From assembly GCA_000708835.1 (NCBI GenBank), contig DF237344.1, forward strand, positions 1 to 64,000: a stretch of 64,000 bases of DNA, in the 5' to 3' direction. The position numbers were made by a program, and so were the translations under genes. This document shows positions 13,001 to 26,800 of the stretch, one piece after another. This stretch comes from Klebsormidium nitens (taxonomy: Eukaryota; Plantae; Klebsormidiophyceae). A model generated the notes under the pieces. The model saw only the letters and a list, made by a program, of their open reading frames with translations, was not told the DNA's origin and searched no databases. How positions within the stretch are numbered: the first letter of the stretch is position 1; the number at the start of each line of letters is the position of its first letter.

Positions 13001-16000
13001 CCAGGACCCTAACCCGGTGGTTAGCGCCCTCGGTTTAGAGAGCCTGGAGGTCTTGTGCGAGGATGACGCCATCGGTGAGCCTGCTTGTCATCTTTCATTA
13101 CAATTGAATGAACGATATGACGTAACCTCGGGAGTAAAACTTCCTGCTCTGTTTTGCAAAACGCGAATGACGAGTTCTTGACGTCATAAGCAGGCGCTGC
13201 GCGGTTTTGGGTGATGCTTGAAGCCTGAGAGCGTGGAGTGTTTTATAACGCTCTTGAAGCTCCAATGGGTGGTTTTTGTTCACCTTTTCCGTCTTTCTTT
13301 ACTCTCCCTCGCCGCTCTTGCTCGCCGGTCTGCTACAATTCTTGCGGCGCATGGAAAGAAGACGTCTGGCGACTCCTTCTTGACTCGTCACAGATCTTTG
13401 GTTTGGACTCTTGAGCTTCCATCGAATTAAAGTCTTAACACCTGATCGAGGATAAGCACCACTTCTTGGTTCTCGATCTTACTCGAGATTGATTGGATTC
13501 GCCTCCTTCGCGAGCAAGGAGAAATTCCGTAGGCCCTCTGCTTTCTGGTCCAATCAACGATTGCGACGTGTCGCCCGCAGACTTCTACACGGCCTGGCGC
13601 GTGGTCCGGCGGACGTTCCCAACCCTCCCGGACGACCCCCGCGTGGCCGCCAGATGGGCTTCCCTGCTCGCGCACGGGGCGCTCGACGCGCGCGCGGAAC
13701 CAGACTTGGCGGCGGAGGTGCTGTCGTTGCTCTTGGAAGCTGCGAAGGTGCGTCAGTATCTTCTGTTTCCTTACACGTCTCCTCCTTTCTCTTCCTATTT
13801 CTCTTTCTATCTCCTTTTTCCTGGCTTTCTTTTTGTCTTTTCTTATCTGCTTTGTTCTTGCTTGCACCTGCTCCTTGTTCTCTCTTCATGTCGCGTTCTT
13901 TTTCCTTCTCCTTTACTGTTGCTCGATTTCTTCGACTCTTGTGTAACCCTTCCTTTCAAGCCTGAGCAGTGGTGGGAGCGACATCATTAACGGGCAGAAG
14001 AGGTGCTTAACTTGCTGTCGGAAGCCGCGAAGGCTCGTAAAACTTGGCTGATGTCCCCGCCCCTGACGTGACAAGTCTCTGACGAAAGAGCACGGAGTCT
14101 TGAAAAAGGAAAGTGCTTTGGAGAGGAGCGCGTTTGCCGTCTTCATTATTAACCCAAGATACGATACTTGGCAATTTGGATCTCGAGGGACCTCTATGCT
14201 ACAACCGGTGGACTTAAGATAAGTGTCACTAAGCGGTCAAGGCGGGTGTCTAAGAAAAGAGAGGCTTTCGGTGTGAGAAGGGCAGTTCTCTCTTACCGGA
14301 TCTTGCCGAAAGATTTCTTCTGAGGAGGTTTCGAGTGTTGTGGACCTTCCAAAGCGATAGGGAGTGCAGTGGTTTCTCTTTCCCTTGGGAGTTTGTTGCC
14401 ACGGTCAGGCCCTCATTCTTTTACACCTTCAGCCAAGCACTGCGAAGCGCACAAACTCAAAAGGATAGCGCATGCGCCAACCGAAAAGGCTGGGGAGTCG
14501 GTTACGCCAGCGTGACAGGATTGACCTGAGGTGACAGCAGCGTTGAGGGAATTTCCCAGGATATCAATGAGGTAAAAGCAGTGCGATCAAAGTGGCGCGA
14601 TCAGAGTTCAGGGTGTGACCACTGTTCGGTCCATACGGACCCTTCAGCGGACCGCAAAATCTCGCGATAGCCGGAATCGCAGCGCTACCGTCCAATGTGA
14701 ATAAAGGGACTCCAGTCTGCAAAGGTCAGCCAGTGTCTCGCAAACTTTGACAGGACAGGTTCCGATACCAGGGTTCAGACAAACCGTGTTTAATCAAGCA
14801 CAAACAGAAGATCTGGACCGTTCCATTTTTCGACTTCAAAATCTGGACGGCAGCTCTGCGATTATTGGTCGGCCCCCAGCCATTTCGCACTTCTGCGTTC
14901 CGCCCGCCTCGTGCTTATCGAAGTGCATTTTTCATTGCAGGCGGGAGGACCGTCGGAAAAGGGCGACCGGTGGTGGCGAGTGCGGAGCGCCGCGGTCGCC
15001 TCACTGTCCGCGTACGCCTTCGAAGCCGTCCAAGAAGTAAGCCTCTGTCCGGCGAACTCGATTTACTTACCCGTACTGCGGATTGGCACCCCAAGTCCGC
15101 GACTCTATTTTCAGACTTTTGCATTTTCGCACCAAGAAGAGACATTCTTGTTTTCGTTTTTGCCCAACTTGCCTTGCTAATAGGCTGTATTTTGGTCTGA
15201 AACTTCCTTGATTAGTCATCTCAACTTTTCGCGTCAGGAGCAAATATTTTCCGGAGATGACTAGGGATGAAATCATTATTTCTATGCGGCTCATGGTAAT
15301 ACGGGTATGGTTTTTGCTTCTCTGTTCAGCACTCGCTTTCTTCTTCGCTTCCCGCTCCAATGGTCGGTCTCTTGAGGCCAAGTCGAGGGCGTAGAATACT
15401 TGCTCTGCGCCGGTTGGCGTTTAGAATGTCGCGTTGCTGATTGTCATACTGCAATCGAGTGTCTTTTTTCCCTTTTTAAACCATCAACAGTATCAACTGC
15501 TCCTGTTTCAAAAACCTCGGCGCCTCAGCCATCAATAGTGTGCTGAGTCGTGGGAATGATTCTTCAGACCCATTGTTGATAACTATCTGCTTTCATTGGC
15601 GGATGTTTGGGTGATTGAATCCAGACACGTTTCAAGAACATTGCTGCAGAAAGTCTCTCGCCCGGCGAACGGCCGCAATCCCGAGAGTGCTGGATGGCAA
15701 AATCTTTGTTCTAACTTTCTAGCCGTTCCCGTCAGAGAGCCTTGAAAAAAGCTCAGATGGATGTTCGATCTCCTATTCAAGTCCGGAGATTGCCCCTGCC
15801 GGACACGCCTCTTTTTGTGCTTGCAGGTGTCACCTCGTCCCCTGTCCGACTACGTCAGCCTGCTGCTGACGGAAACGCACAGTGACGTCAGGGCCGCGTG
15901 CGAGGGCCTGGTCGTGAAAGCGTTGCAATTTGAGCACAGGTGCGCCAACCTTTTTTATTGTTTTCCCGGTCATCTGAGCTTCATGCTGCTGTCGTCATTT

Positions 16001-19000
16001 TTAACTATTGACCGGATCGTAGTTCAAGTGCGCTTATGTAGTGTGTTAAGCAAATTGGTTATGCTGCACGTATGCTAATTACTGTCCTGATGGCAGAAAG
16101 AAAAGGGTTCCTACTTTACTTTGCCTGGAAGGAAGAGCTCGTTAGCGCTGTAGAATATGCAAGCCCTAGAAAAAGCCGCACTTCTCAAACACAGGCGTTG
16201 CATCCGTATGGTTCTGTCGGGACATGCTTAGATTGAATCTCAAAGTACGTAAAAAGTTTAGCACTGCTTGAGTGGACTCCCCATGTCTGATCGAACGACT
16301 TTCACGTCTCACATGGAACTGAGCAAGCAATCTCATGAAGACAGATGAAATAATAGTTGGCTGAAAGAATTGCAATGTCCCTTCACCTTCCTCGTCATTA
16401 CCACTGAACGCAGCGGAAAAACGTTCCCCGAGGCAAGGGCCCTCTCCTCGACCGTATCCCCCGCCCTCAAGCTCCTGCAAGTCTAATGTAACTCAACCGG
16501 ACATTGGATGAGAGGGTTGCAATTCATCTTCATGCTAGCTGCACTAGTCACTACATTCCATGTTTCTCGTTGTTACAGCACGCGGCGGCGAAACGTCCCC
16601 GAAGCAAGGGCCCTTCCCCCGACCGCGTCTCCTGCCCTCGAGCTCCTGCAAGCCGTGCCCAATCTAGTTGCATCAGGACCCCGGGAGAGGGTCAAGCGGG
16701 CAGCGGCAGTGGACCTTCCGGCGGCCAGTTCGTTTCCGGGGGCTGTTCTGTACTGCTACCGGCCCCTGCCACCGACCCCCCCGGAAGAGGGGAAAGCCAA
16801 CCGGGTGGCACTGACAGAGTACAAGGAGGTGAGATACTTTGCGGTGTTCATCTGTCCCTTGGACTTTAAACCGTCCAGTGGTCTAAACGGCTTGGAGTGT
16901 TCCGACGGTCATGCACGCCGGTTTTGAGATCCGAGCGGCATTCCTAATGCAGCGAACGTACCGTTCAATTGGCAATTGGGTTCAGCACTTCGTTATGCAA
17001 GTTCTCGGCATTTCATCTTTGAGAATGTTCGTTCGCGATCCGAAAAGAAGGGCACGTCTTCCGCTTTGGAGAATTCTAGACTTCTATCCTCTTGCGTGTG
17101 GGAACTAGAAAAAACTAGGACAACGAAGGAAAAGGCAAGAGCCAACTCATGGTGGATGTTGAAGCTTGGTTGCTTTTGCCGCTTGGCCCGCCGCTATCCT
17201 TTCCTTCTTTTTGAGTGTGGAGGTATTGTCCGGAAAAGGAAACGTTCAGATCACCTGACGCCCCATGGCGATTGCCGGTCCTTATATGTGTCGTCTGCGC
17301 TCTTTTCTCTTATATGCTGCACGGTTTGCTTGTTGTTGTTGTCTCCTATATTTTCCATCACTCTAGACCAGCAAAAGGTGTCCAACGGACAAACACCTCC
17401 AGAATAACGCTTCTTGTGCACAAGGGACTACCTCCATTCACTTCCTGTATTCTGTTGTTCTTCCGAGCAGGCAGTGCGAAACTGGGCGGCCGGTTTCGCC
17501 CAGGTCTTCCAGGAGGCGAGCCAGAGCTTGCCCGGTTCGTCCCCAACCGACCAGACCCAGCTCCTGACCTCACTCAGCACGTGGTCCCGGTTCATACCAA
17601 CCTGGCTCCAAGCCCTTGCGTTGGCACTCTCCGTCGAGAATGACGTCAGCAAAGCCGAGGGCGTCGGGTTAGCTGCGAAGGAAATCTGGTCAACCATTCA
17701 AGCCTTGATAACCGAGGGGATCCCCCGGGCAGCCGAGAACGCGACCCTGGCGGCTGCCGGCTTGTGTAGCGCTCTGCACGGTAACGCTTCAGGGAATCTG
17801 GCCGTGAGCGTTACGTCGTTCCTGGCGAAACGGCTGGGACAGGTGGCTGGCCACGATTGGGCGGAACGGGCGACGGCGGTCGCGCTTGGAGCAGCCACGG
17901 GGAGTCTTCCGATCACCGCAAGAGAGCAGAAGGGCTTAGCGGTGGAGGCTTTGCTGGGGGTTTATTTGAGCGATGACGTCAGCAGCGGCGCCCTGTTTGC
18001 GGCTGGATTAGCCCTCGGGTTAGTCGCACAGAGCCTCTCACACAGGGGCGCGGACGAGCCGACCTTGGCGGCTGACGTCACCTCTCAAACCGGCGGGGAA
18101 TCGGTGCTCGTGAAGCGGATCTTGAGGTCATTTTCAACGGCCCTCTGGAGTGGCGTTGGGAACGAGACGGCGCGGGAGATTGTGCGACGGCTGGCTGCCA
18201 CGTGGCAGGTCGAGGTGGTGCCACGTCAGCAAGTGGACGAGTGGGCTGCGACTGGGGCGATCGCCGGCCTGAGTCAGATGTGCTCCCGGGGTCGGTTGCC
18301 GGGAGTCCTCTCAAACCCGGGTTCAATTTCGGGTTTGCTTAACCTAGTTGACAATCTGACCGGCGCGGATCGGACTCAAAGCGGGGGAAGTGCGGATCCC
18401 GTTCTAATTGCCGCCCTCCTAGCACTCCCCGTGCTGACCCCTCTGGCCCACAGACTGGAACTCGTCTCTTCGTCAAAAGCTGAGCAACGACTGGAACGCT
18501 TATCCGTCATTCTTCAGCAGCCATCGGAATATACCGGAGCGATATTTCCGGCGGCCGCCCTATCAGGGGGGTCGCTCCTCGACTCTCTCCTTTCAGACGG
18601 CTGCCCCCTCTCCACAGCAACGGTTGACAAGATGCTGGATTCTTTAGACCTCTCGTCAGGCGGATCTGGCTCAGGAGGCGCCTATAGAGTCGGCTCGCTG
18701 CTCGGCCTGGCAAACGCGCTCGGAGCAGGGTTCGGAGGTTTAGGGACGCGAACAGCGGCCGCGGGGTCGGGCAGGGTCTTGGACGATGAGAGGAGAGTGG
18801 CGCAGGCGCGAGCGGTGGTTCAGAAAATGATCAAGGCCGTTAAAGAAGATCCGGTAAGGCGTTGCTACGACTGCGGTGTATGGTAAATTCGACCACTCTG
18901 CAAATGACGGTATGCGTGCGTTTGACGTAAGTCTCAAGTCTGTTGTTGAAACGGTTCTCCTCGCAGCCATTCTGCCTCTGTATCATGCTTGTTCGACGTA

Positions 19001-21983
19001 TCTGGTTCTGTTTTTCCCTGTTTCCGTCGTCTGCTGAGCTTACCTCTCTATCATTTTGTCGCTCTGCAATGTGCCTCGCGACTGCAGCTACTTATTTTGT
19101 CGTCGAAGCTTTCATTTGTGATTGGTCCGTTAGGTGCAAAGATGATAATCGCACTAAGTATTTACGCGTCTTCACAGAACCCGTGGAAGGAGAACGGGGA
19201 TTCGAATCGAACTTCCGGACCCCCCTTCAGTCTTGGACCCCCTGCGCGCGCGAAACTTGACGTCATTGAGTCCGGCCGCAGTTCCGTAGCTTCCGCTACA
19301 TGCTAGCGTACCCCGTAGGTTGAAGACCACGATACGACTATTACGAGCCCGGAGTCCGGCCGAATTTCGATCAGCGGAGTCAAAGGCGTTACTACCCGCG
19401 CGCGTAGGGGGTCCTAAATCGAAAGGGGTCCGAGTAGCTCGATTCGAGTCCACGTTCTCCTTCCACGGGTTCTCACAAGATGAAAGCCGGAATCTGAAGG
19501 TTTCTTCGCGGATGCAGGACCCAAAAGTTCAGAGGCAGGCTGCTTGGGCCCTGGCCGCTTTGTACGACTCTCGTTTCGGCGGAGGGGTTTCGAGTCGGGG
19601 GGCTGCTCCTGGAGCGGAAAACGCCCCCCTGCGCCGAGCCTTGCCGGGACTTCCCGAAGAGGGCGCCATGCGGCCGCTGCTGACGTACCTGCTGACGTTT
19701 GCGGAGGGGCCCGGTTCGGACGGCGGCGCAGTGGGGCAGTCGGCGTCCGAACCAACCCAAACGGCGGAGCATAGGATATCGTCCGAAAGGCATAGCTTAT
19801 CGACGGGGTCGGACGGTGTGACGTCAGCTACGGCAGCGGCCGTTTTGCGGTGCTTGGCGAAGGCGCCCCGGCTGCCGGCGCTCAACTGGGGCGTCCTGTT
19901 TAGGCGGCTCTTCCGGGCAGAGCACCAGGGCGGAACGCCTAGAGAATCTCGGGCGGCGGAAAACCCAGACGGAACCACTAGAGGTCTTCGAAGGGCGGAC
20001 AATCAGAGAGAAACGCCTAGAGATTCACAGGCTGCGGCGGTGCGACGAGAGTGCCTCCGGGTGGCAATTGCGCACGGTCGGGAGGTGCCCACGTTGGCCG
20101 TCTTTCTGGACAACACGTGTCAGCTAGCGAGGCTCGTGACGTTGGAGACGGACCTACAGATCCTGATTGCTGAAACTCCCGCGGCGCTTTTGCGAGCCCT
20201 CCCGCGGTCAGCGGGTTTGCGGGTTTTGGGCGACCTGCAAGACTTGGCGCTGGGGTACGGGTTCGCCGAAGAAGGGAGCGGATTGCGGGCTGCGCTCTGG
20301 CGAGGTTTGGGGGAGGCTTTGGAGGGGGATGGCGCTTCGGTGAGCGAAGATGGGGAGGGAAACGAGGTGCGGGCAGCGGTTCTAGAAGCGGTCAGAAGTG
20401 TGTACCGAACGCTTCCGGTGGACGTGGGAAGCTTTAGAGGCGCCCGCACGTTGGAGAAGCCCGGTGGGAACTCTAGAGGAGCCGGCGAGAATCGGAGAGG
20501 AAGCAACCCTTGGGGGGCTGCGATTGAGTCCCTCGCAAAGACTGACAGGGCCTGGCTGCTGGAACTCCTAAAGCTTCCCAGCTCCAGTCAGCAGCAGTAC
20601 ATCTCCGGAGAAGCTTTAGAGGTGCCCGCAGAGGAGTTAGTGTCCCAATTCAGAGCCGTGATCGCCCGGATACTCCTAGCGAACAGTTCGCACCTCCCGC
20701 TGGCAGACCTGAAACCTTGTCGAAAGTGGCTCTTGGAGCAACTAGACTGGGGACAAAAACCGTCGCAACCCTCTCTCTCGGGGAGCCACGCACGCTCTCT
20801 CGCCAGCCAAGAAAACCCCGGGGCTTCAAACAGGGGGGAAACGAGTATACCCGGTTCAGGGGGGTCGTTGAACGCGCTGAGAGAGGGGGGGTACGGAGTA
20901 GCCGATCTAGAGGGGGGGGTGGAAGAGCTGGTTGCTGTAGTGGCGGCAACGGGGGGTGCGCAGAAGTGGGAGTGGTTCACGGAGACGCTGGACTGGACCC
21001 TGCTGACGTGGCGGCCCCTGCAGGTACGCGTCGCGCTGAAAGACTTAGGCTGCTTGTTAGCATGGGCTGAAATTTTGGTTTGCTTACTCGCTTCCGCATC
21101 CTCAGAGGAGGATGACATGCTGGTCAGTCGGACTAAGCCTTGCGATACATCACCCTGCTCTTTCATTGCAAAAAGACTTTTTTCCTTTTGAATTTCTCCG
21201 CTTGCCTCATCTTATCACTTCGCAAAAGGAGGTCGAGGTGCTAATTCTAAGAGACAGCGACGTACTCTTAGATAACAAGAAGTTGCTGAATATACGTCGA
21301 TATAGACCGGTATATAGTTGGCTCTTACGGCAAGGCAACGGTGCCTGACCCGCGTTATCCAATATCGTTAAGCGCACGCCAGGGCAGCTCGGCTGGGTAA
21401 CTTCGAAGAAGAAACGCTGGCTTGTGTTACTGGAGATAACGCATTGAGTTGAGCTCTTGCCTGCGTCTGTTCCTATTGTGAAGAGGCCTCCAGTATCCAA
21501 GAAGGCATGGCACTGGTTTATGAGATTAACAATCTTTCTCAAGATCTTTCCTGAAAAGACTGTTTTGACAAGTGCTATCGCCTTAAGAACGGTATAATCT
21601 CAAAAAGAACTCGAAAAGAGCTTTCTTTTCTTGTAACCATCCTCAACCTACTGACGCAGCTTCGTCCTCTTCTCCAGGGCCTCACTTTCCTGGCACTCCT
21701 CTGCAACGCGTGGCTCCCTTCGACGTCGCCGTTCCTTCCAAGCGCGCCCGTCGAGACGCTGGCAAACCTCCCGTACACTCTACCGGCCGTACTGGCCGAT
21801 CCGGACTTTGAATCAGACCTGCCAGCTGTCATCCAGAGATTGGTCAGCATTCTGACCAAGGGGGATGCGCACGTGCGGCGCATCCTGTTGCCGTGCCTCG
21901 TCGGCTGCCGGGAGAAGCTGTCGATTGACACGTGGCAGTTTGTGGCGGACCTAGCCGTGGCGCAGAGCGTGACGAGGAACTGA
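10005..21983 (+). CDS. RST1: RST1 (RESURRECTION1)/focadhesin family protein, about 2089 aa, 9 exons
   Basis: Exons 10005-11912, 12534-13074, 13581-13747, 14941-15036, 15827-15939, 16579-16828, 17471-18853, 19518-21023, 21678-21983; phases sum to 6270 nt. The N-terminus (FLDRLSLPQPALQRAAVRSIF..CLTHRSPAVVDETAQQLVRLV), DFYTAW and the C-terminal LANLPYTLPAVL resemble plant RST1 as recalled. Confidence 0.9.
19169..19480. repeat. Foldback (84-bp inverted arms) in RST1 intron 7
   Basis: Arms 19169-19252 and 19397-19480 match at 67/84 ungapped by my count, including a 21-bp perfect core AGAACCCGTGGAAGGAGAACG. No clear target-site duplication. Confidence 0.8.
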
Positions 21984-23855
21984 GGGGACTCCTAGACGCT
22001 CAAATTGAACGGAGCCGTTTAACCCATTCATGAACCTTTGAAAACACTTTGTGTGTTCGCACATACTCGATCGTTGATCCATACACCGAGTCTGTACAAT
22101 ATTCTTGCCCATATCTGCGCACTTGAAGGGCACGACTGAGCCGGCTGAATTTACCGTACTCAGGCCGGTTCTGTTCGGTCTGCAAGGTTAGTTGCGTAAG
22201 GGAAGTTCGTCATCATTGTCAGCCGGAGTTTGCACCACGACACAAATTGCGTTTATAATCCTTGCAATTGCACCAAGCAGCAAGCCGTCACATTGCAATG
22301 CTTAATTCGGCGTCTTTGTCACTGACTCGCGCTCATCAAACTCCGATCGCGGAATGGTCACCACAGGCTTGACTATAGAAATTGCATCGTGAGATGGCTG
22401 GGCATCAAGGCATATGCAAGACGTCGACTCGCATGCCCAACGCATATGATATATGCACACATGATTGCATGGATCATGGGCGTCATTCCGATAAGCAAAA
22501 AAATGCACGATATGCGCAGAATATAGCTCCGCAGTTGTTCGGTCATTAGCTGAGTTAAGTTTACCGCTTCGGCATGATCTAATCCAATTGCGTTTGGGCG
22601 TGTATACGCTTAATTCAAGCTAGGTCGAGGGGACCGTAGTGGTCATCGGCAGGGCGCCTCAATTCCTGATTCGAGCGTGCCCACATTTCATCACATGCCG
22701 AGCCCGGGCAACTTAGCAATCCAATCCTTCCGCCCCGGGGCACCGGCTGCAACGTTTTTGTATGGCGCGTGAATACGGGCGGCGATCGGACCGCAAGGTC
22801 TTGAGTAAAGTTGGAGAGATCCCTTGCAAAAGAAAACAATACAGCGACGACGTAGCTCTCGACCTGTCCCTCAACTGAAGATTTGACATTGCAAGAGGAT
22901 TGCAAGCATCAGTACTAGAAGCATGCAATATATAGGCGCTTTATCCTACGTTGAGCTTTTACTGAGCATCTCCTTATGCAAGCTTATCGTCCAGCGAAAA
23001 GAGACGTACAATCTTTACCAGCCAGCCGCATCGCGCTACTAGATATCACTAAGCTGCATGACGGCTTGTCGGCTTCCAGCTTCTTGATCTGCAGCGTAGT
23101 GGTGCGTACGAGCGGCGGGCCGCCTGGCGACCAACTGCGAACCACGCGCGCCATAAGTTAAGGACCGTTTACATCCGTCCGATGGAATTGTCAGACCGTA
23201 CGGTTTATCGTGCGGCCGGGAAATGATAGAATATCAAAATCCATTTTGCCTGTCGTTGACTTTCGTGGCGAATCTACCGTACGGTGTACCTGTCAAGGTA
23301 CCGTACGGTATGCAAATTGCCGGACTCTCTGTGTCGACATATTGCGGAAGGTCATGATTGGAAGCGAAGCTTCGCATATGGGTCGTTCTTTCCTGGAACT
23401 GTTCACTCACGGAAATGTCTTCTCCAATGCTCTCTCCAGCTTCCAACCGTCTAGTACATACTACCTCGAAGTTTCATATTGACGTCGCCCTAAGAGCAGC
23501 ATTCCAAAGGACGATCGAGTGGTTCTCCACCGCACTTATATTCTGAGCTTCGTCGCCTCATCCATCACAAAAACTTGCCCACGATCTACACTTACCTGAA
23601 CTGCCTTCTCCCATTTTTGCGCTAAGATTACTCTTTCGCCTCAACAAGCTTGCGCTCCGCCGAAGCGCGCCATCTGTGTGGCCAGCAATTCACATAGCAC
23701 GTAGTCCCGTTTCACCAGCAAGTTAATCTCCACGCATTGACCGGTAGAAGAGCCCATTAGGAGCTAACAAAGGTTATAGTAGGTGTCGGTGTCATCGCGT
23801 TTCCTGTGTTGGAAAGCAGCGCGAACCTGATTTTATAGCACCTGGGGATGAAGCC

Positions 23856-26800
23856 ATGGGGACGCCTTCTAGTGGTGAGGCCGATGGCCCAATGCATGGG
23901 GCACCCAATTGCAGTGCAGGTAAGCCACTCTACATCAACGTATCGGCTCCAAATGGCCTTGGACGTATTGGCCTTGAATTGGCTTTTTGGACGGGTTAAG
24001 CACGAGCCCTAGCTTCTGGTCTTAGGCTTCACTAGGCATGTTTTCGAATCCCTGCCATGTCAAGAATTGGATTCAGACTCCAAATAATCCATTGCTTTTC
24101 TGTGTTGCAGATTGCAATGGGGCAGTCGAAGGTAAGCTGCTCTTCCTGTCGTTGGTGCGGTCAAGACATGCTTTAAAGGCATGCCAATCGGATTGAGAAT
24201 TGATCTTCAGGGGTTTCAGAGTCAAGAGGCGCAATTGCATGACAACAACTTTCAATGTCAAAGAGTTTGTCCCCGACATGAAGTTGGCAATTGCGCTTAA
24301 TCATGAAGTAATCAGGATGACTCGAACCTCTTGAGGCACAACAGAGTAATCCCTTTGCTTCTAGACCCTATGCATTTGGCATCTGTCTTTCTGTATCACT
24401 TCGTCTATCATACTCAAACAAGATACTTAGATCTTCTGCCGGAACGCGAGGAAACTTACAAGTCACCTAGTCCGGCGTCAGATATTGTCGTCCTTAGGAT
24501 TAACTGAAAGATTCTGCGGCTGTGTTAGCGTTTAAAATTTCTTGACATATCGCAAAATCGCTCTTATCTTGTACATCAATCAGCTGTGTCCTGTTCAGGC
24601 GGCTATACGACGGGGTTGAACATAGTCCCGACCGAAAAGCTAGAAGCTGTCTCAAACACAAAGTATGACTACATCGTAGTCGGAGGAGGTGCGGGGGGCA
24701 TCCCCCTCGCGGCCGCCTTGGCCGAAGACAAGAGCCTTAGAATCTTACTGCTGGAAAGAGGGGCGTCACGGGACGAACATCCGGAAACGCGGGTGAGTAA
24801 CTGTACTTTGAAAACCCATTTCATACTTTTTCAGGTGCGTTGTAGCATGCACACGGCTATCGTCAGCAGGTGCTTTGAATTTCCCAAACGTTTGTAAGGC
24901 TTTGGTCAGCGATCCTGGGCTGTTGAATCAGAAGCAAAGCTTTTACGGATTTAGTATGAGTCTGAGTTCAGGAGCACAACCAAACCCGTTCTAATGTGGT
25001 GATCCTTTTCGTGCAGATGCAAAGCAAATGGGTCGACCTGGCCAAGACCGGCGCTGTCGAGTTGCTGCGCACTGAGAGCGGCGTATGGTCTGCCCGGGGC
25101 AATGTAAGGGTCCTAAGATCCTTAATAACGGTTAACGAGGTTGTTAATTAAACGAGATCAGCTTCACGAAGCTTTCGGAGATGAGCTTCCTCTCGAGCTG
25201 GTTCTCGAACTTCTTCTCCCAAGCTTCTTGAGCCCTTCGGATTCTCTGGATCTCCGAAGCTGGTTTGCCCAGGTGATTGTCAGTAGATCGTTCGTCCCTC
25301 TTATTGTTGTGAACTTCTGGATTTTAGTACTGCTTTTGAAGAGAAACGGTTTCTGTATCCCCAAGTGTAACCATATCAATCTGAGATAGAAGACATTGAA
25401 GTATCGCGAACAGTGTGCCCGGGATGACCGTACGAGAGCCGGGCTCTGCCAAGAAACTCAAGAATCACTTAAAGTGTCCCAGATCAGAAATCGCTTAGAC
25501 TCAATCGTAAAACAGCCCACACCCATTCTCAAGTAGCCCGAACTCTCCTTTAACCAGGTTTTGGGCGGCGGAACCGCGGTCAACATTGGATTTTGGGGCC
25601 ACGCCAGCCCGGACAACATCAAAGCGGAGGGCTGGGACGCTGAGGCTATGCAAAGCGCGTATGCGTATCTGGGCGCCCGGTTGTCTTTCCCGGGCACTGT
25701 GGGACCGGTGCAGGAGCTGATCCAGGAGGCGTGGCAGGAAGTAGGAGTCGGGTCATTCAACGGAGTGACCCCGGAGCATGTCGTGAGTTTCATCCCGTTC
25801 TTTTCTTTCCTTGCTTTCATTGACCGGTCTGAAGTTGTAATCAAATCTACCTCTCTATGTCTGCATTGGCCTTGCAAGTTTACAAGTTACACTAGGGAGC
25901 AGCTATGAAGGCCGTTTTGGCGGCGGAAAGTGATGATTTGTTCGGCCCTCGTCTGCCATTTATAAGGGATTGCGTGAGCAAGACAGGCTCCATTCACACC
26001 GTCGCCGAGAGTACACTCACTTTGCGCAATCGATATCATATGGAGAATCGAGAAGCATTCCAAAAAGAAACGGGATCCACGGTTCGTGCTTGCAGCCCGG
26101 CGTGAAGACGGTCATGCTGACGTTCAATTCGGACGGCGTCCGACACGCTGCGGACGAGCTGCTGGTGGGGGTCAAGAACGTCGACATCGTCACTCGAGCG
26201 CTGGTGTCCGGAGTCTGCTTCTCCGATGACGATGGTAAGCCGTTCACTTAGGCCGCAGACGAAGTGCAGAACCACCGAATGGCATGGGGCCGACTCGCAG
26301 CGTTTTGCCGTTCAGGAAAAACGCTTCAGATGTCTTGTTTGTGATAAGTGTGTTGTGGGCTGCCAAGAACCAGGTATGGGACCCCGTCCTGACAGGATTC
26401 AACTTCCAGGCTGTATCCTTCGATCTGGAGTTCTTTTGTTCAAATGTTACGGTAGCACTGCCATTACGAAGATCTCGACGTTCCGCGATATATGTGCCTT
26501 TGAGCCGTCGCTCAAGCTCCGTCATGAGGATTGACATTGAGCGGAAAGTGTGAGAGCTCACCGGTGGTCCTCTGAACCAATGAGATGGCTTCAGCCGATC
26601 ACGTGGGCTTTAGGATTACGGTTGGATCGATTGCACAGACTTCTCTACTAACCTTTTGCATGCGTTTGCAGTACTGAAAGAGTTCCGACTGCTGTTTTGC
26701 AGGCGACCTGACGGCGATCGGGGTCGAATTCGAGGGCGCGGACGGCGTGCCCCGTCACGCTCACGTCATTCCCGCGGGGGGTGAGGTCATCCTGTGCGCG

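Noticed and set aside
16166-16480. 104-aa minus-strand ORF inside RST1 intron 5
   Set aside because: No ATG start and no identifiable family; a vague histone-fold impression could not be supported.
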